DNA of 64,000 bases from Octopus bimaculoides. Lineage: Eukaryota. The first letter of the stretch is position 1. Each line of letters opens with the position of its first letter. Position numbers and translations under genes: made by a program. Below are positions 40,535-52,834 of this stretch, in pieces. The notes under the pieces were generated by a model. It worked only from the letters and a program-made list of their open reading frames with translations. It was not told where the DNA came from and made no database searches. The DNA lies in assembly GCF_001194135.2 (NCBI RefSeq), contig NC_068998.1:40682754-40746753 (forward strand), written 5' to 3'.

Positions 40535-40740
40535 TCTGGCACTTGTACCGGTTACATGTGTAAAGACATTAGAGCATGATCGTTGCCAGTACCGCCTGAC
40601 TGGCCTTCATGCCTGTGGTACGTAAAAGCACCCACTACACTCTCGGAGTGGTTGGCGTTAGGAAGGGCATCCAGCTGTAGAAACTCTGCCAAATCAGATT
40701 ATATAGCCTGGTGTAGCCATCTGGTTCACCAGTCCTCAAT
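40535..40740 (+). mobile_element. RTE 3'UTR copy (right arm of inverted pair)
   Basis: Reverse complement aligns to 37548-37805 at roughly 85-90% by eye. Confidence 0.8.
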
Positions 40741-41177
40741 TTTCCGGTTCACTTAACTGTAAATAGGTTACATCACTGCTGTAAACAGCACAAGCCAGTC
40801 GTTGGCTCTTTTGGTGATGGTTGAATATTGTCCACTCTGGAGTGGGAGACTGTCTCTTCCAATTTTGAAGTATTTTGTAATTAACGTTGTGCATGCATAA
40901 GAAATCATCCTTATTATTATTATTAATGTTATTATTATTGTTAGTGTGATGGACAAAATACTTCTTTGTAGTTTTCAGTTGTGTTTCATCATGATCTCAG
41001 TTCACATTTTACCCAAGTTGACCATTGCTCTCCAATCGAATATTTGGTTGCTGTATTCATCTAGTCAACTCTACCCTATGTCTGAAACAGAAATCTTCCA
41101 TCTTTGTTGAGGCAATAAAGGAATAGATTAGTATTGTTATTATTATTATTGTTATTCTTAAACTTTCATCTTTTCAG

Positions 41178-41282
41178 ATTAATTCCAAACCAAATTCAAC
41201 CAGAAAGAGGCGGAGTGTACAGAGCAAAGGCTTTGGCAGCAAGATGTTTCAGGATTCCAGTTCTTTAGCAGAACATCATCAG
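41178..41282 (+). CDS. NSD2: NSD coding exon 5: linker with basic RKRR motif (possible NLS)
   Basis: Acceptor ttcatcttttcag, 105 nt open frame INSKPNSTRKRRSVQ...EHHQ, donor CAG|gtaagt, phase 0-0. Confidence 0.78.
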
Positions 41283-42021
41283 GTAAGTTGTCTATTGGAA
41301 GTGGCAATAGCACTGTCATTGTCAAGTCCAAGCTCAGCTGTGGCTGAACAGACTTATTGTCACAAACATTCTAGACATGGCTATCCTGTTCATTTGGGCC
41401 ATAATGTATCCCAAGACTTGTGGTATTGGTTCTCTGTTGTTCAATAATGAGGATTCAGTTGTTGAATGAATTGAGATGCAAGTTCATTAGATCAGTGTAT
41501 AATTGGTTGAGTATTCCACAGACATGTGTACTCTTAATAATCCTCAGGCAGAATCAGTATGGCTCAGTATGTGTGACAAGGCTGTACCCTTCTGGATTAC
41601 AGGTACAATCCAATTGACGGGTTTCTGTACAGTTTCCTTCTATCCAATTACAAAGTATGGGGGTTGACCCTAGGTTGTAGAAAATGATGTTTGCACGAGA
41701 CGCTACGCACGGGGATTGAACCTGGTACTCCATAGCTGTGATGCAAACTTCTTAACCATTTGCCCATACTGCACTCTATCACACACACACATGTACAACA
41801 AGTGTCTGCTCTGTTTTAGTCCACCAAACTCTCTCACAGGACTGAAAAACCTGGGGTTATAACAAGAGATTCATAAAGTGCCGTGTTTTGGGATTGAGCA
41901 TAGAACCATGTGATTACAAAGCGTACTTTTTAACAACCTGGCCATGTGTTTTTTTTTTTCTTGTTGTTTTTGGTTATCTTTTGTTCAGTGTTTTTTTAAA
42001 TCTTTTCCTTTACCATTTTAG

Positions 42022-42401
42022 ATGAACAACAGCAGCAGCAAGAGCATTGATGGTCACGGCAAGAGTGCAGAATTCAGGCATGCTTCTTCTCACCAGAGAG
42101 GCCAGCTAATTCCAAAAGTGGAGCTGGACAGAGACGGTGTGAAATTACTTGTAAAACAGGAGGAGAATAACGAGGAAGAGGGGCATGAGGAGGAGGATGA
42201 GGAAGAAGAAGAAGAGGAGGAAGAGGAGGAAGAAGAAGAAGAAGAAGAAGAGGAGGAAGAGGAGGATGATGAATATGAGTTGGAGATCTTCAAACTGTCT
42301 TCCAGTTGGCCTGTGAAGAGAGAGAACGTGTGCCAAATCTGCGAAAAACCTGGCGACCTTACTGACTGCGAAGGACCATGTTTGGGTTCTTATCACTTGC
42401 A
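42022..42401 (+). CDS. NSD2: NSD coding exon 6 (3' end lost in gap): acidic poly-Glu tract and start of PHD1
   Basis: Acceptor ccattttag. Encodes [27 protein letters not shown], matching NSD PHD1. Runs into Ns at 42402. Confidence 0.9.
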
Positions 42402-42890
42402 NNNNNNNNNNNNNNNNNNNNNNNNNNNNNNNNNNNNNNNNNNNNNNNNNNNNNNNNNNNNNNNNNNNNNNNNNNNNNNNNNNNNNNNNNNNNNNNNNNN
42501 NNNNNNNNNNNNNNNNNNNNNNNNNNNNNNNNNNNNNNNNNNNNNNNNNNNNNNNNNNNNNNNNNNNNNNNNNNNNNNNNNNNNNNNNNNNNNNNNNNNN
42601 NNNNNNNNNNNNNNNNNNNNNNNNNNNNNNNNNNNNNNNNNNNNNNNNNNNNNNNNNNNNNNNNNNNNNNNNNNNNNNNNNNNNNNNNNNNNNNNNNNNN
42701 NNNNNNNNNNNNNNNNNNNNNNNNNNNNNNNNNNNNNNNNNNNNNNNNNNNNNNNNNNNNNNNNNNNNNNNNNNNNNNNNNNNNNNNNNNNNNNNNNNNN
42801 NNNNNNNNNNNNNNNNNNNNNNNNNNNNNNNNNNNNNNNNNNNNNNNNNNNNNNNNNNNNNNNNNNNNNNNNNNNNNNNNNNNNNNNNNN
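42402..42890. other. Assembly gap hiding the end of the PHD1 exon; other gaps 12380-12401, 33563-33606, 36334-37084, 38426-39359, 62122-62158
   Basis: Runs of N. Confidence 0.99.
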
Positions 42891-42982
42891 GATCCGAGCT
42901 CATCAAAGCCTTGTGAATGGATTTGATTGATGGAAATTGAGAAGCTTGTATGTATGTATGTATGTATGTATGTATGTATGTA

Positions 42983-43042
<60 letters not shown>

Positions 43043-43679
43043 CGTGCGTGCGTGTATTTGTGATTCCTTGCTTTGACATCATATGATAGTTGTAAAATGA
43101 TTGTCACTGTCATACAAATGTCATTCATTACCAGTATTCTAACAATAACATGTCTGGCCATGGGGGAATGCTATCTTACTTGGAAACAGGTGAGGGTTGG
43201 TGACAGGAAAGGTATCTGGCCATAGAATATCTACCTCAATAACTCCATCAGACCCATGCAAGCATGGAAAAGTAGATGTTAAAATAATGATGATGTATTA
43301 TATAATGTCTTTGTGTATTTGTTTATGTGCCTGTTTGTATGACTGTGTACTTATATTTGTTTTTATTTATTTATTGGTGTGTGTGAATTTGTGGATGTCT
43401 TAGTTATTGTAATCTTCTCATGTATTTGTGTGCATATAAATTGTTATAATTAAACAGGTGTACATTAATAAGTAACTCATTTAAATGAGTAAATTGAGAG
43501 TGTGTAATAACTGAACTGGGTAGATAATTCATGTACTGGGGTTGATTGTATCAACTATCTTCCTCCCCTTCAAAATTGCTGGCCTTGTACCTAAATCAGA
43601 AACAGTTATTTTTATCATCATCAATAATAATAGTAATAGTAGTAGTAATAGTAGTAGTAGTAGTAATAGTAGTAGTAGC

Positions 43680-44480
43680 AAGGTAAGGTGGCAGAATTGT
43701 CACCACACTGGACAAAATGCTTAGTGGCATTATTCTGAGTTTACGTTCTGTGATTGATTTAGCCCTCTCCCAAAACTGCTGGCCTTCTGCCAAAATTTGG
43801 AACCATTATTATTATTATTTTTATAATTATTTCATATATGCACAACAGATTAGACTGTTGGAAAAAATTCCTACCATCAGGCTACAACAAGTAACCTTCG
43901 ATGACAAGAACCATCCTAAGTATCCTAGTAGTCCCTAATAATACTGTTTTCTGGAGCTACACTAAACTAGGTTTTATGCCTGTTTCCTTTGTCCATTTGT
44001 TATTATTATTATTGTTATTATTATTAAGGTGGTTATGTGGCAGAATCATTAGCATGCCAGGCAAAATGTTTTGTCTGCTGCTACATTCTGTGTTCAAATT
44101 CCACTAAGGTTGACTTTACCTTTCATCCTTTCAGAGTTGATAAATTAAGTGCCAGTGAAACACTGGGATCGATATAATTGACTAGTCCTCTCCACCAAAA
44201 TTTCAGGCCTTGTGCCTATAGTAGAAAGGATTATTATTATTATTATATTATTATTATTATTATTACTAAGGCAGCAAACTAGTAGAATCGTTAGTGCCCT
44301 GGGTAAAATGCTTAGCAGCATTTTGTCTGTCTGTGTGTTCTGAGTTCAAATTCCAGCAAGGTTGACTTTGCTTTTTATCCTTTTGGGTTCAATAAGTTAA
44401 GTACCAGTTGAGCACTAGGGTCATTGTAACTGACTTATGCCCTACCCCAAAATTGCTGGCCTTGTGCCAAAATTTGAAAC

Positions 44481-44510
<30 letters not shown>
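43680..44510 (+). mobile_element. Cluster of three SINE family A copies separated by (ATT)n
   Basis: Heads near 43685, 44035 and 44270; same consensus. Confidence 0.8.
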
Positions 44511-44511
<1 letters not shown>

Positions 44512-44538
44512 GCGATTTTTTTTTCTTTTATTTTTTAG

Positions 44539-44742
44539 ATTCACACCGTTGTTTCTGTTGTAAACAGACAGGAGATGTGAAGAAGTGTTCGGTGGTCCAA
44601 TGTGGCAGGTTTTATCACGACGTATGTGTGAGAAAGCATCCTCTCACACGGGCTGAAAGCAAATCATTCACTTGCCCTCTACACGTCTGTGTAACTTGTT
44701 CCGCCGACAGTAATAGTTCTAAAAATCCTAAAGCATCTAAAG
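44539..44742 (+). CDS. NSD2: NSD coding exon 7: PHD2 and start of PHD3
   Basis: ttttttag|; [29 protein letters not shown]...[11 protein letters not shown]; donor AG|gtaagt; phase 1-1. Confidence 0.96.
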
Positions 44743-45089
44743 GTAAGTTCAGTTATCTTTCGCCCTTTTTATATATTTTTCTGGGGTTGATTAACCTGCA
44801 GATCAGCATTGAGTAATGCCCAGGTCAGTGTGATTAACACTGACTCAGCATGATTTGTGAGGTTAATCAAAACTGTTCCAGTCTTGACTTCCATTTTCTT
44901 TTTTGTTTTAGTCATAGTGTATCTCGATATACATTGTGCACTATGTCTGCTCATCTGTAAGATAGAGTGTGATGTGAGGTAGATTTGGCTATTATGTTAG
45001 CATGTATAGGTATCATTTAGAAGCTACTTTGTTTCATCTATCTCTCTGTGCACATGCATGTGTTTTGTATGTTTCACCTGGTCAGTTTT

Positions 45090-45123
<34 letters not shown>

Positions 45124-45503
45124 GCTTGGGCATGTAGTTAAGAAGTTTGTTTCCTAACGGACTTGGTTTCAGGTTCACTGCCATTGCACAGCACTTTGGG
45201 CAAGAGTCTTCTACTGTAGCCCCAAGCTGACCAAGGCTTTGTTAGATTTGTTAGATAGCACTAAACACGGGTGCTTTTATGTGGCATAGGCACTTTTACA
45301 TGGCAGTGACATATTTGCTTTTACATGGCACTGACACAGTTGCCATTAGGTGGCACCAGCACATGAGCTTGCAAGACTAGGGCCTCTCAGCTGAGAGAAA
45401 GAAAATAGAGGATATGACAACCATGATTTTACTTAGCTACGTATGTAAAAAGAATCATAATTATTATTTAATTAACCTTTTTACTTGTTCTGCTATTTTT
45501 CAG

Positions 45504-45683
45504 GTCGTTTGTGTCGATGTTTACGCTGCCCAACTGCCTACCATGTTGGAGATTTCTGTATTGGTGCTGGAAGTGTGACCTTGGCTGGCAACAATATTAT
45601 CTGTAGTAATCATTTTGTGCCACCAAAGAACAAAAAGACTCCAACACACTTCAACGTTAGCTGGTGTTTTATCTGTAATTTAG
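45504..45683 (+). CDS. NSD2: NSD coding exon 8: PHD3 and start of PHD4
   Basis: tttttcag|; RLCRCLRCPTAYH...IICSNH...HFNVSWCFICNL; donor AG|gtaaac; phase 1-1. Confidence 0.96.
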
Positions 45684-47062
45684 GTAAACAACAATTTTTT
45701 TTTTTTTTTGTTTTGTTTGTATCCTCATCCTCTTTTTTTGTGTCTTTTTGCACAAACTTGAAATTCATCAAATTTTCTTGTTAACAACAATCTATTGTAT
45801 TCACTTTTTTATAGGATGACACTATATGGCCTTATGTATGTTTAAGAAGTTCATTTTATAACCACATAACTCCGGGTTCTATTTTGTGATGTTAGTACTG
45901 GGTCAACTACAGATTAATTGGTTTCAAATTTTGGCATAAGACCAATAATTTTGGAAGAGGGGATAAGTCACTGACATAGACCTCACCAGTGCTCAACTTG
46001 TACTTATTTTATTGATCCTGAAAGAATAGAAGGCAAAGTCTACCTTGGCGAAATTTGAATTGAGACTGTAAAGACAAATGAAATGCCGCTAAGCATTTTG
46101 CCTGGTGTTGTAACCATTCTGCCAGCTTGCTGCCTTGATTCTTCAAATTAATTATTGGCTGAAGGTCTACTTGTGATCTTAATTAACCAAATGGTTCTTA
46201 GGATTCTCATAAATACCTAGAAACAAGTCAATGTGTTGTCTATGAGTGTGATCTCTAATTCTCTACTCCAGTTTTCCTCATCAAGCAAAACAGTACAAGT
46301 CTTCACCTCTGTTTCACAGTGGAATTGGTTAGCAAATCATCATCATCATCGTTTTATGTCCATTTTCCATGCTGGCATGGGTTGGACGGTTCGACTGGGG
46401 TCTGGGAAGCCAGGAGGCTGCACCAGGCCCCAATCTGATCTGGCAGTGTTTCTACATCTGGATGCCCTTCTTAACGCCAACCACTCTAAGAGTGTAGTGG
46501 GTGCCTTTTACATGCCACCGGCACAAATATTTGTGTTTATTTAACTTACATGGCAGTTTCTGTTATTAATCCACATGTTTCTAAGGAGCCAATCACTGAT
46601 TTATTGCATTTCTGATGGTAAGAGTGACAAAGAAATGCCTATACAACTTGGGTGCAAAGGGCCCTGTTTGAGAACACCGGTTTCTTGCTGATGTTTAAAT
46701 TCTTTACCTTTATACATCATGACCCCCACCAATCCTTTAACTTGAAAAATAGGTATGGTTGGTGATAAGAAGAGCATCCAGCAGTTAAGAACTTCAAAAT
46801 AAATCCCCATTCAACACTTGTCATCATCATCATTATATAGTGATGGACGGAGGTATCATACATCCACTTTTAACAGCTTATTTTATGTTGTGAGAAATGG
46901 AAACATAGAACTCAGAGTAGTGACAGAGGGAAGTTTCAGCTTTGAATAAACATGTGTGTATATATGTATATATTTGTATACACTCACATATACCTGTCTG
47001 ATGTAGTGTGCAATTCTGGTGAAAAAATAAAATAATTTTTGTTTTCTCTTTGTCCATTGCAG

Positions 47063-47219
47063 GAGGTACCCTACTATGCTGCGATAGCTGCCCAGCTGCA
47101 TTCCACCCTGATTGCATCAATGTTAACTGTTCCGAAGATACTTGGTACTGTCAGGATTGTGCCCGTGGCAAAAAGCCTCTTTATGGTGATATAGTTTGGG
47201 TCAAAGTTGGCAACTATAG
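47063..47219 (+). CDS. NSD2: NSD coding exon 9: PHD4 and start of PWWP2
   Basis: ccattgcag|; [19 protein letters not shown]...[26 protein letters not shown]; donor AG|gtaaac; phase 1-2. Confidence 0.96.
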
Positions 47220-47999
47220 GTAAACTTAACAATATATTTATATATGCATTCTATTTTAGTTATAATAATGTCATTTTTATTTATGTATCATGTGAAAAAT
47301 TTGATACAAAACACCAGGGTAGGTCACTGTTATAATTGAGTGAGAAAAGGATAAAATACATTGTTGATGGTCAGATATTTGAGATTACATTTTACTCAAC
47401 TTCGCATTCTGATTTGAAATCCTTTCATGCCTTAATTGGATAAGAGGCATAACTTGTCATCTGGCTTAGCACTTTCACCAGGTACATTGGTTGCATTTAA
47501 TGGAGTCCGCCCTCATGCTTGCATTTAGACAGGTCTCTGCTTTAAAGGTGCCCCCACCTCTCTCTTTCACACCAAGTCAATTAAATCAATCCCAGTACTT
47601 GACTGGTACTTTATTGTACCAACCCTGAAAGGTTGAAAAACAAAGTTGGCATTGGCAAGAAGGTAAATAAATAAATTCTTCTTCTCCTCCTCCTCTGATT
47701 GGAAGTGTTATTGTGTACATTGTTTTGTCTTGGTATAAAAGGTGGGCTACAGCAAATATTCTGCTCAACACCACAGATTTGCTTGTTGGTTGCTTGACCA
47801 TAATTAGTCAGGCATGTTCCTTAGTGGCTGATCATATATGTGCATCTCTGATCACGAGCAGAAGTGGTAGGGGAGCATCATAGCCCAGTGTTGAGAGGAA
47901 TTCTTTAGGGTTTGGATAATTCACCTTTTGGAAACATGGGCGTTTTGTTCATCATCCCTTAAACAACCCCTATTCAGGGACCTTTTCTATTATAGGCAC

Positions 48000-48188
48000 A
48001 AGACCTGAAAGTTTGGGTTTGTGAGGGGGTGGGGGGTGCTATTTGGTTACGTCAACTAGTACTTATTTTATTGACCCCAGGAGATTGAAAGGCAAAGTTA
48101 ACCTCAACAGCATTCGAACAGAGAATGTGAAGCCAGAAGAAATGCTGCTAAGGATCTTGTCTGACACAGTAGCAATTCTACCAGCTTG

Positions 48189-48237
<49 letters not shown>

Positions 48238-48620
48238 AATAATAATCCTTTCTTCTATAGACACAAGACCTGACATTTTTTGGGTGCAGAGAGAGGGGGT
48301 TAGTCGATTACACTGACACAGGTATTCGACTGATATTTATTTTATTGATCCCAAAAGGATCAAAGGCAAAGTGGACTTTGACTGCATTTGGACTCTAAAA
48401 CATAACCTTTTCTATATAGGCACAAAGCCTGAAATTTTTTGGGGGGAAGGGGCTTGTCGATTACATTGATCCCAGTACTTGATTGGTACTTATTTCATTG
48501 ACCTCAAAAGGATAAAAGACAAAAAGTCAACCTCGACAAGATTTGAACTCAGAATGTAAAAGTGGATGAAAAGCTGCTAAGCATTTTGTCCAGCATGCTA
48601 ACAATTCTGCAAGGTTGCTG
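48000..48620 (-). mobile_element. Cluster of three antisense SINE family A copies
   Basis: Repeated GTACTT...ATTGACCCC...AAAGGCAAAGT...GAACTC blocks. Confidence 0.78.
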
Positions 48621-48741
48621 TCCTGACTCAGAACACAATAATCATCATAATAAATAATGTTTGTTGTAATAATAAGAACAATATTTAATGAAGGTGATCA
48701 GTGTTTCATTATTGTTGTCTTTCATCTCTCTAACGTCGTAG

Positions 48742-48870
48742 ATGGTGGCCAGGCGAAATTTGTCATCCGAAAAATGTTCCAATGAATATTCAACAGAAGC
48801 CGCATCAGATTGGAGAATTTCCTGTGCGATTTTTTGGTTCCCATGATTACTATTGGACAAACCAAGCTAG
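48742..48870 (+). CDS. NSD2: NSD coding exon 10: PWWP2 core
   Basis: cgtcgtag|; [13 protein letters not shown]...[20 protein letters not shown]; donor AG|gtaagt; phase 2-2. Confidence 0.96.
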
Positions 48871-49799
48871 GTAAGTGATTAAGTGATCTGGTGTCCTTTT
48901 CCCGATTTGGAGTCTGTTGATTCCTCTTTTCTCCACCCATGTGACCAAATTTGTCTACCTTGGTATTCTTTTATCTTTTATTCGTTTCACTCATTAGACT
49001 GTGGTCACTCTGTCTTTTGTTTAGGAATGTCATGTTTGAAACTATTTTTCGTTGAGATATATCAAGTTTATTGAGGTAACATACATGACTTGTAGAAAAC
49101 ACTAATTTTGTTTTTTTGGTACATATTTAGCATAATTGCTGGAATAACCATGAAATTTAATTTCACAGTTGAAGGGTTAATCACATGTTTTTGTTTGAGT
49201 TTCTTACTGAAACTTTTAGTCATAATATCAATGGTAGTTGTGACTACCGTTGATACAAGGGTAGGACACTAAACTCCGCTTGCGAAGACTTCTGCAGTAG
49301 TAAATATAAATACCATTGACCCACCCTGTCCAACCTTCTGTACCACTTCACTTATATTCATCTTCCTGTAACTTAGAGGTATGCTCTGTCACAGTTTCAC
49401 CACCATCTACTCTCTCTCTCCCACCTCTCTTCTCCTCTTTCTATCTCAACTAGGGCAGCTATGTATCTCCTCTACAGCAAGACACCTGTTTCTGTCCCTC
49501 AATACTACTCCTGCTACGCTTGAAGTGTCTTGCTTGTACGCTGGCTGATGTCCGTGATGCTGGTGCCATATAAGAAGTTCCTAGTACACGTAAAGTAGTT
49601 GGTGTTAGGAAGGGCATCCAGCTATAGAAAACACCAAAACACATTGGAGCTGGGGGCTGGCTTGTCAGTTCCTGTCAAATCATCCAACTCATGCCAGCAT
49701 GGAAAATGGATGTTCAATGGTGATGCTGATGATGACAAGAATAGTTCTACAGTGCTAAATATAATTACCGAATATTTTATTTATATATATAACATGAAC

Positions 49800-50050
49800 T
49801 TATTCTATACAGTGCCCAGGTGCACTACAACTCATCAGAAAAAGTAACCAAAACTGGATGAACAATTCATAGAAAAAAGCACAAGAAGCGAACAGTGAAT
49901 GTAAAAATTAAAATAATTTAAAAAAGTGGCAAGCATCAGGTATACTGTTGGTGAATTCCAGCAAGTCCTGACAGCTAACAACTGATGTGGGTAGTTTATT
50001 CCATTTTTCAGATATTCTGTGCATGAAAAAAATGTTTCCAAAATTCATGC
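49800..50050 (-). mobile_element. CR1/L2-type LINE 3' remnant
   Basis: FFMHRISEKWNKLPTSVV matches the FF..R....WN.LP..VV motif at the end of CR1-group ORF2. Confidence 0.6.
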
Positions 50051-50106
50051 AATAATGGCCATTTACTATATTGATGTTTTGTCGACATTGTTTTGTTTCT
50101 TTCCAG

Positions 50107-50299
50107 AGTTTTTCTGTTTCAAGAAGGTGATAAAGGCAGTAAAGATTCTTCAGCAACGAAAGGTTTGGCGAAAATATTTCGGGCAGGAATTGGTGAAGCT
50201 ACGGAAGCATTTAAATTGTGGAAAGCAGCCAAAGAGAACCGGGATCAATTGGAAAATGAAAAAATTGGGAAGAAACCGGCACCATTTAAATTTGTTAAA
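50107..50299 (+). CDS. NSD2: NSD coding exon 11: end of PWWP2 and helix preceding AWS
   Basis: ttctttccag|; VFLFQEGDKGS...EATEAF...KKPAPFKFVK; donor |gtaagt; phase 2-0. Confidence 0.95.
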
Positions 50300-50416
50300 G
50301 TAAGTCTGGCACCACACACCTACACACACACAAATGTTGAGTGTTGTCGGACTTAGTCACCAGTGTGTAACTCTTAATGAATGAATGTATGTATGTATGT
50401 AAGTGTGTGTGTATGT

Positions 50417-50797
50417 GGAGGCGCAATGGCCCAGTGGTTAGGGCAGCAGACTCGCGGTCATAGGATCGCGGTTTCGATTCCCAGACCAGGCGTTGTGAGT
50501 GTTTATTGAGCGAAAACACCTAAAGCTCCATGAGGCTCCGGCAGGGGATGGTGGCGAACCCTGCTGTACTCTTTCACCACAGCTTTCTCTCACTCTTACT
50601 TCCTGTTTCTGTTGTGCCTGTAATTCAAAGGGTCAGCCTTGTCACACTGTGTCACGCTGAATAACCCCGAGAACTATGTTAAGTGTACACGTGTCTGTGG
50701 AGTGCTCAGCCACTTGCACGTTAATTACACAAGCAGGCTGTTCCGTTGATCAGATCAACTGGAACCCTCGACGTCGTAAGCAACGGAGTGCCAACAA
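50417..50797 (+). mobile_element. Young tRNA-derived SINE (tRNA-Arg-like head), full length
   Basis: A-box TGGCCCAGTGG and B-box-like GGTTTCGATTCC, CpG-rich body, flanked by AAGTGTGTGTGT on both sides (50401, 50796). Confidence 0.82.
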
Positions 50798-52027
50798 GTG
50801 TGTGTGTGTTGGGATGATGATACTTAAAGGACTTTGTGTTTCATTCAAATTTTGAAAATCACCTTTGTAATGATTTCCACAACTGTTATTCCATTTGAAC
50901 TCCTGTTGTTAAAAGGAGTGTGTTGGTGGATGGGTGGAGTGGGGATAATGGAATCATGTTGTTATTGTTGTTATTATTATCTCTGTATTTACTTTTCTTT
51001 TTATTATTATTATTATTAATTAATAATTATTGTCCTCTAATGAGTCCTGTTCAGACAAACCTATGATCAAAGATGTTTCCAGCCATGGTGATTCTGTGTA
51101 TTTGCACATCATTATTGTCTAGTGTGTTCTTTCTATTTTAAGATGAGGAGGAGTGATTTGAGGTTTTCAGTTTTGTTATTATTTCATTGTCTGCTTTGAC
51201 ACATTTGTGGGTGATAATAATGTCATTAGGTATAAAAATACCCCTGCTAGCTTTGGCAGAATTGTTAATGAGTCAGGTAAAAGGCTTAGCAGTATTTTCT
51301 TCTGGGTTCAAATTCTGCCAAGTTCAACTTTTGTCTTTCATCCGTTCAGGGTCGATAAAATAAGTATCAGTTCAGCACTGGGGTCCATGTAATCAACTAA
51401 TTCACTCCCCCAAAATTTCAGGCCTTGTGTGCCTATAGTAGAAAAGATTTATATGCTCATGTTAAAGATTTACATGTTTTAATGTGTGTGTGCGTAGGAA
51501 TATTATTCATTGTTATAATGATGTCATGATATTTGGAATATCAAAGGAGTTAGGTATAATTTACCTTTCATTAATATAGTTCTTAATATTTCTAATATAG
51601 CTTAGAATTGTTAGCATACCAGGCAAAATGCTTAGTGGCATTTCGTCTGGCTTCACATTGTGAGTCCACATTCCGGTGAGGTCATCTCTGCCTTTCGTCC
51701 TTTTGGGGTTGATAAAATGAGTACCAGTTGAACACTGGGGTTAATGTAGTTGATTTATCCTCTGCCCTGAAATTGCTGGCCTTGTGTCAAAATTTGAAAT
51801 TAACAGTTCTAATATAGTATTGTGTTGATTTCCCTTTTTAGCTGGGTTTTATGCAAAATATTTAATTATTGAGGTTTTATTAAGTAGAGGTGTAAATCTA
51901 ATGATGGAATTAATTGGCATTGACTCCCCGTTAATATTAGCTCTTGCTATTTCTTTGTATTTCTCTGTAGTTAGAGTATGTGTTTCCTCTTATCTCTGTA
52001 GACCGATCAGAAGGTCTGTATAGTATT

Positions 52028-52525
52028 ATCATCATCGTTTAATGTCTGCTTTCCATGCAGGCATGAGTTGGACAGTTTGGCATGGGTCTGACTAGCTGGG
52101 AGCTGTCCGGAGTCCGGTTGTCTGTTGTGGCATGGGGCTTCTGCAGATGTCCATCATAATGCCAACCACTTAACAGCATGTGATGGGTGCTTTTATGTGG
52201 CACAGGTGCATTTATGCAGCACCTGCATGGGTGCTTTTTATGCAGCACTGACTCCTCAAAGGACAAGCTTGTATGTGTGGAAGACAGTGATTTGACTTAC
52301 CTTGATGTGTCTTATCAAGTACAGCAAATCGCTACACTTCCCAGTTCCTTGTCATTTCTTCAGTGAGGTCCAACATCCAAAGATCCTTTGTCACCACTTT
52401 GTCCCATGTCTTCCTGGGTCTACCCCTTCTACAGATACCTTCGACAATTAGAACTCAGCACTTCTTTATGCAACTATCCTCATCCATAAGCATCACATGA
52501 TCAAACCATTGCAGTCTTCTCTCTT
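52028..52525 (-). mobile_element. RTE-clade LINE 3' end (RT C-terminus, 3'UTR, (GAT)n tail)
   Basis: Minus strand reads [21 protein letters not shown]...GRPRKTWDKVV, then a 3'UTR with GTGCTTTT-type internal repeats and a TTAAACGATGATGA tail. Confidence 0.8.
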
Positions 52526-52564
52526 GAATGTTTATTAATTCTTGATTGTCTTGGTCTCCTGCAG

Positions 52565-52834
52565 ACAAACCTTGCTGTCGGTAATGTCCAAATCCACAAA
52601 GCTGACCTGTCTGAGATTCCACGGTGTGAATGCAGACCAGACATGGACAATCCATGTGGTTCGGACACGGAGTGCCTCAACCGGATGTTGATGTATGAAT
52701 GTCATCCTCAGGTGTGCCCGGCAGGAGAACGCTGCCAAAACCAACGTTTCACCAAACGCCTCTACCCCGATTCAGTGCCAGCAAAGACCTCGACACGCGG
52801 ATGGGGCTTAAAAACAAATGTAGATATTAAAAAG
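52565..52834 (+). CDS. NSD2: NSD coding exon 12: AWS domain and start of SET
   Basis: ctcctgcag|; EIPRCEC...[34 protein letters not shown]...RGWGL; donor AAG|gtgagt; phase 0-0. Confidence 0.97.

Noticed and set aside
50417-50492. tRNA gene
   Set aside because: No proper acceptor stem; continues into a SINE body with a target duplication.
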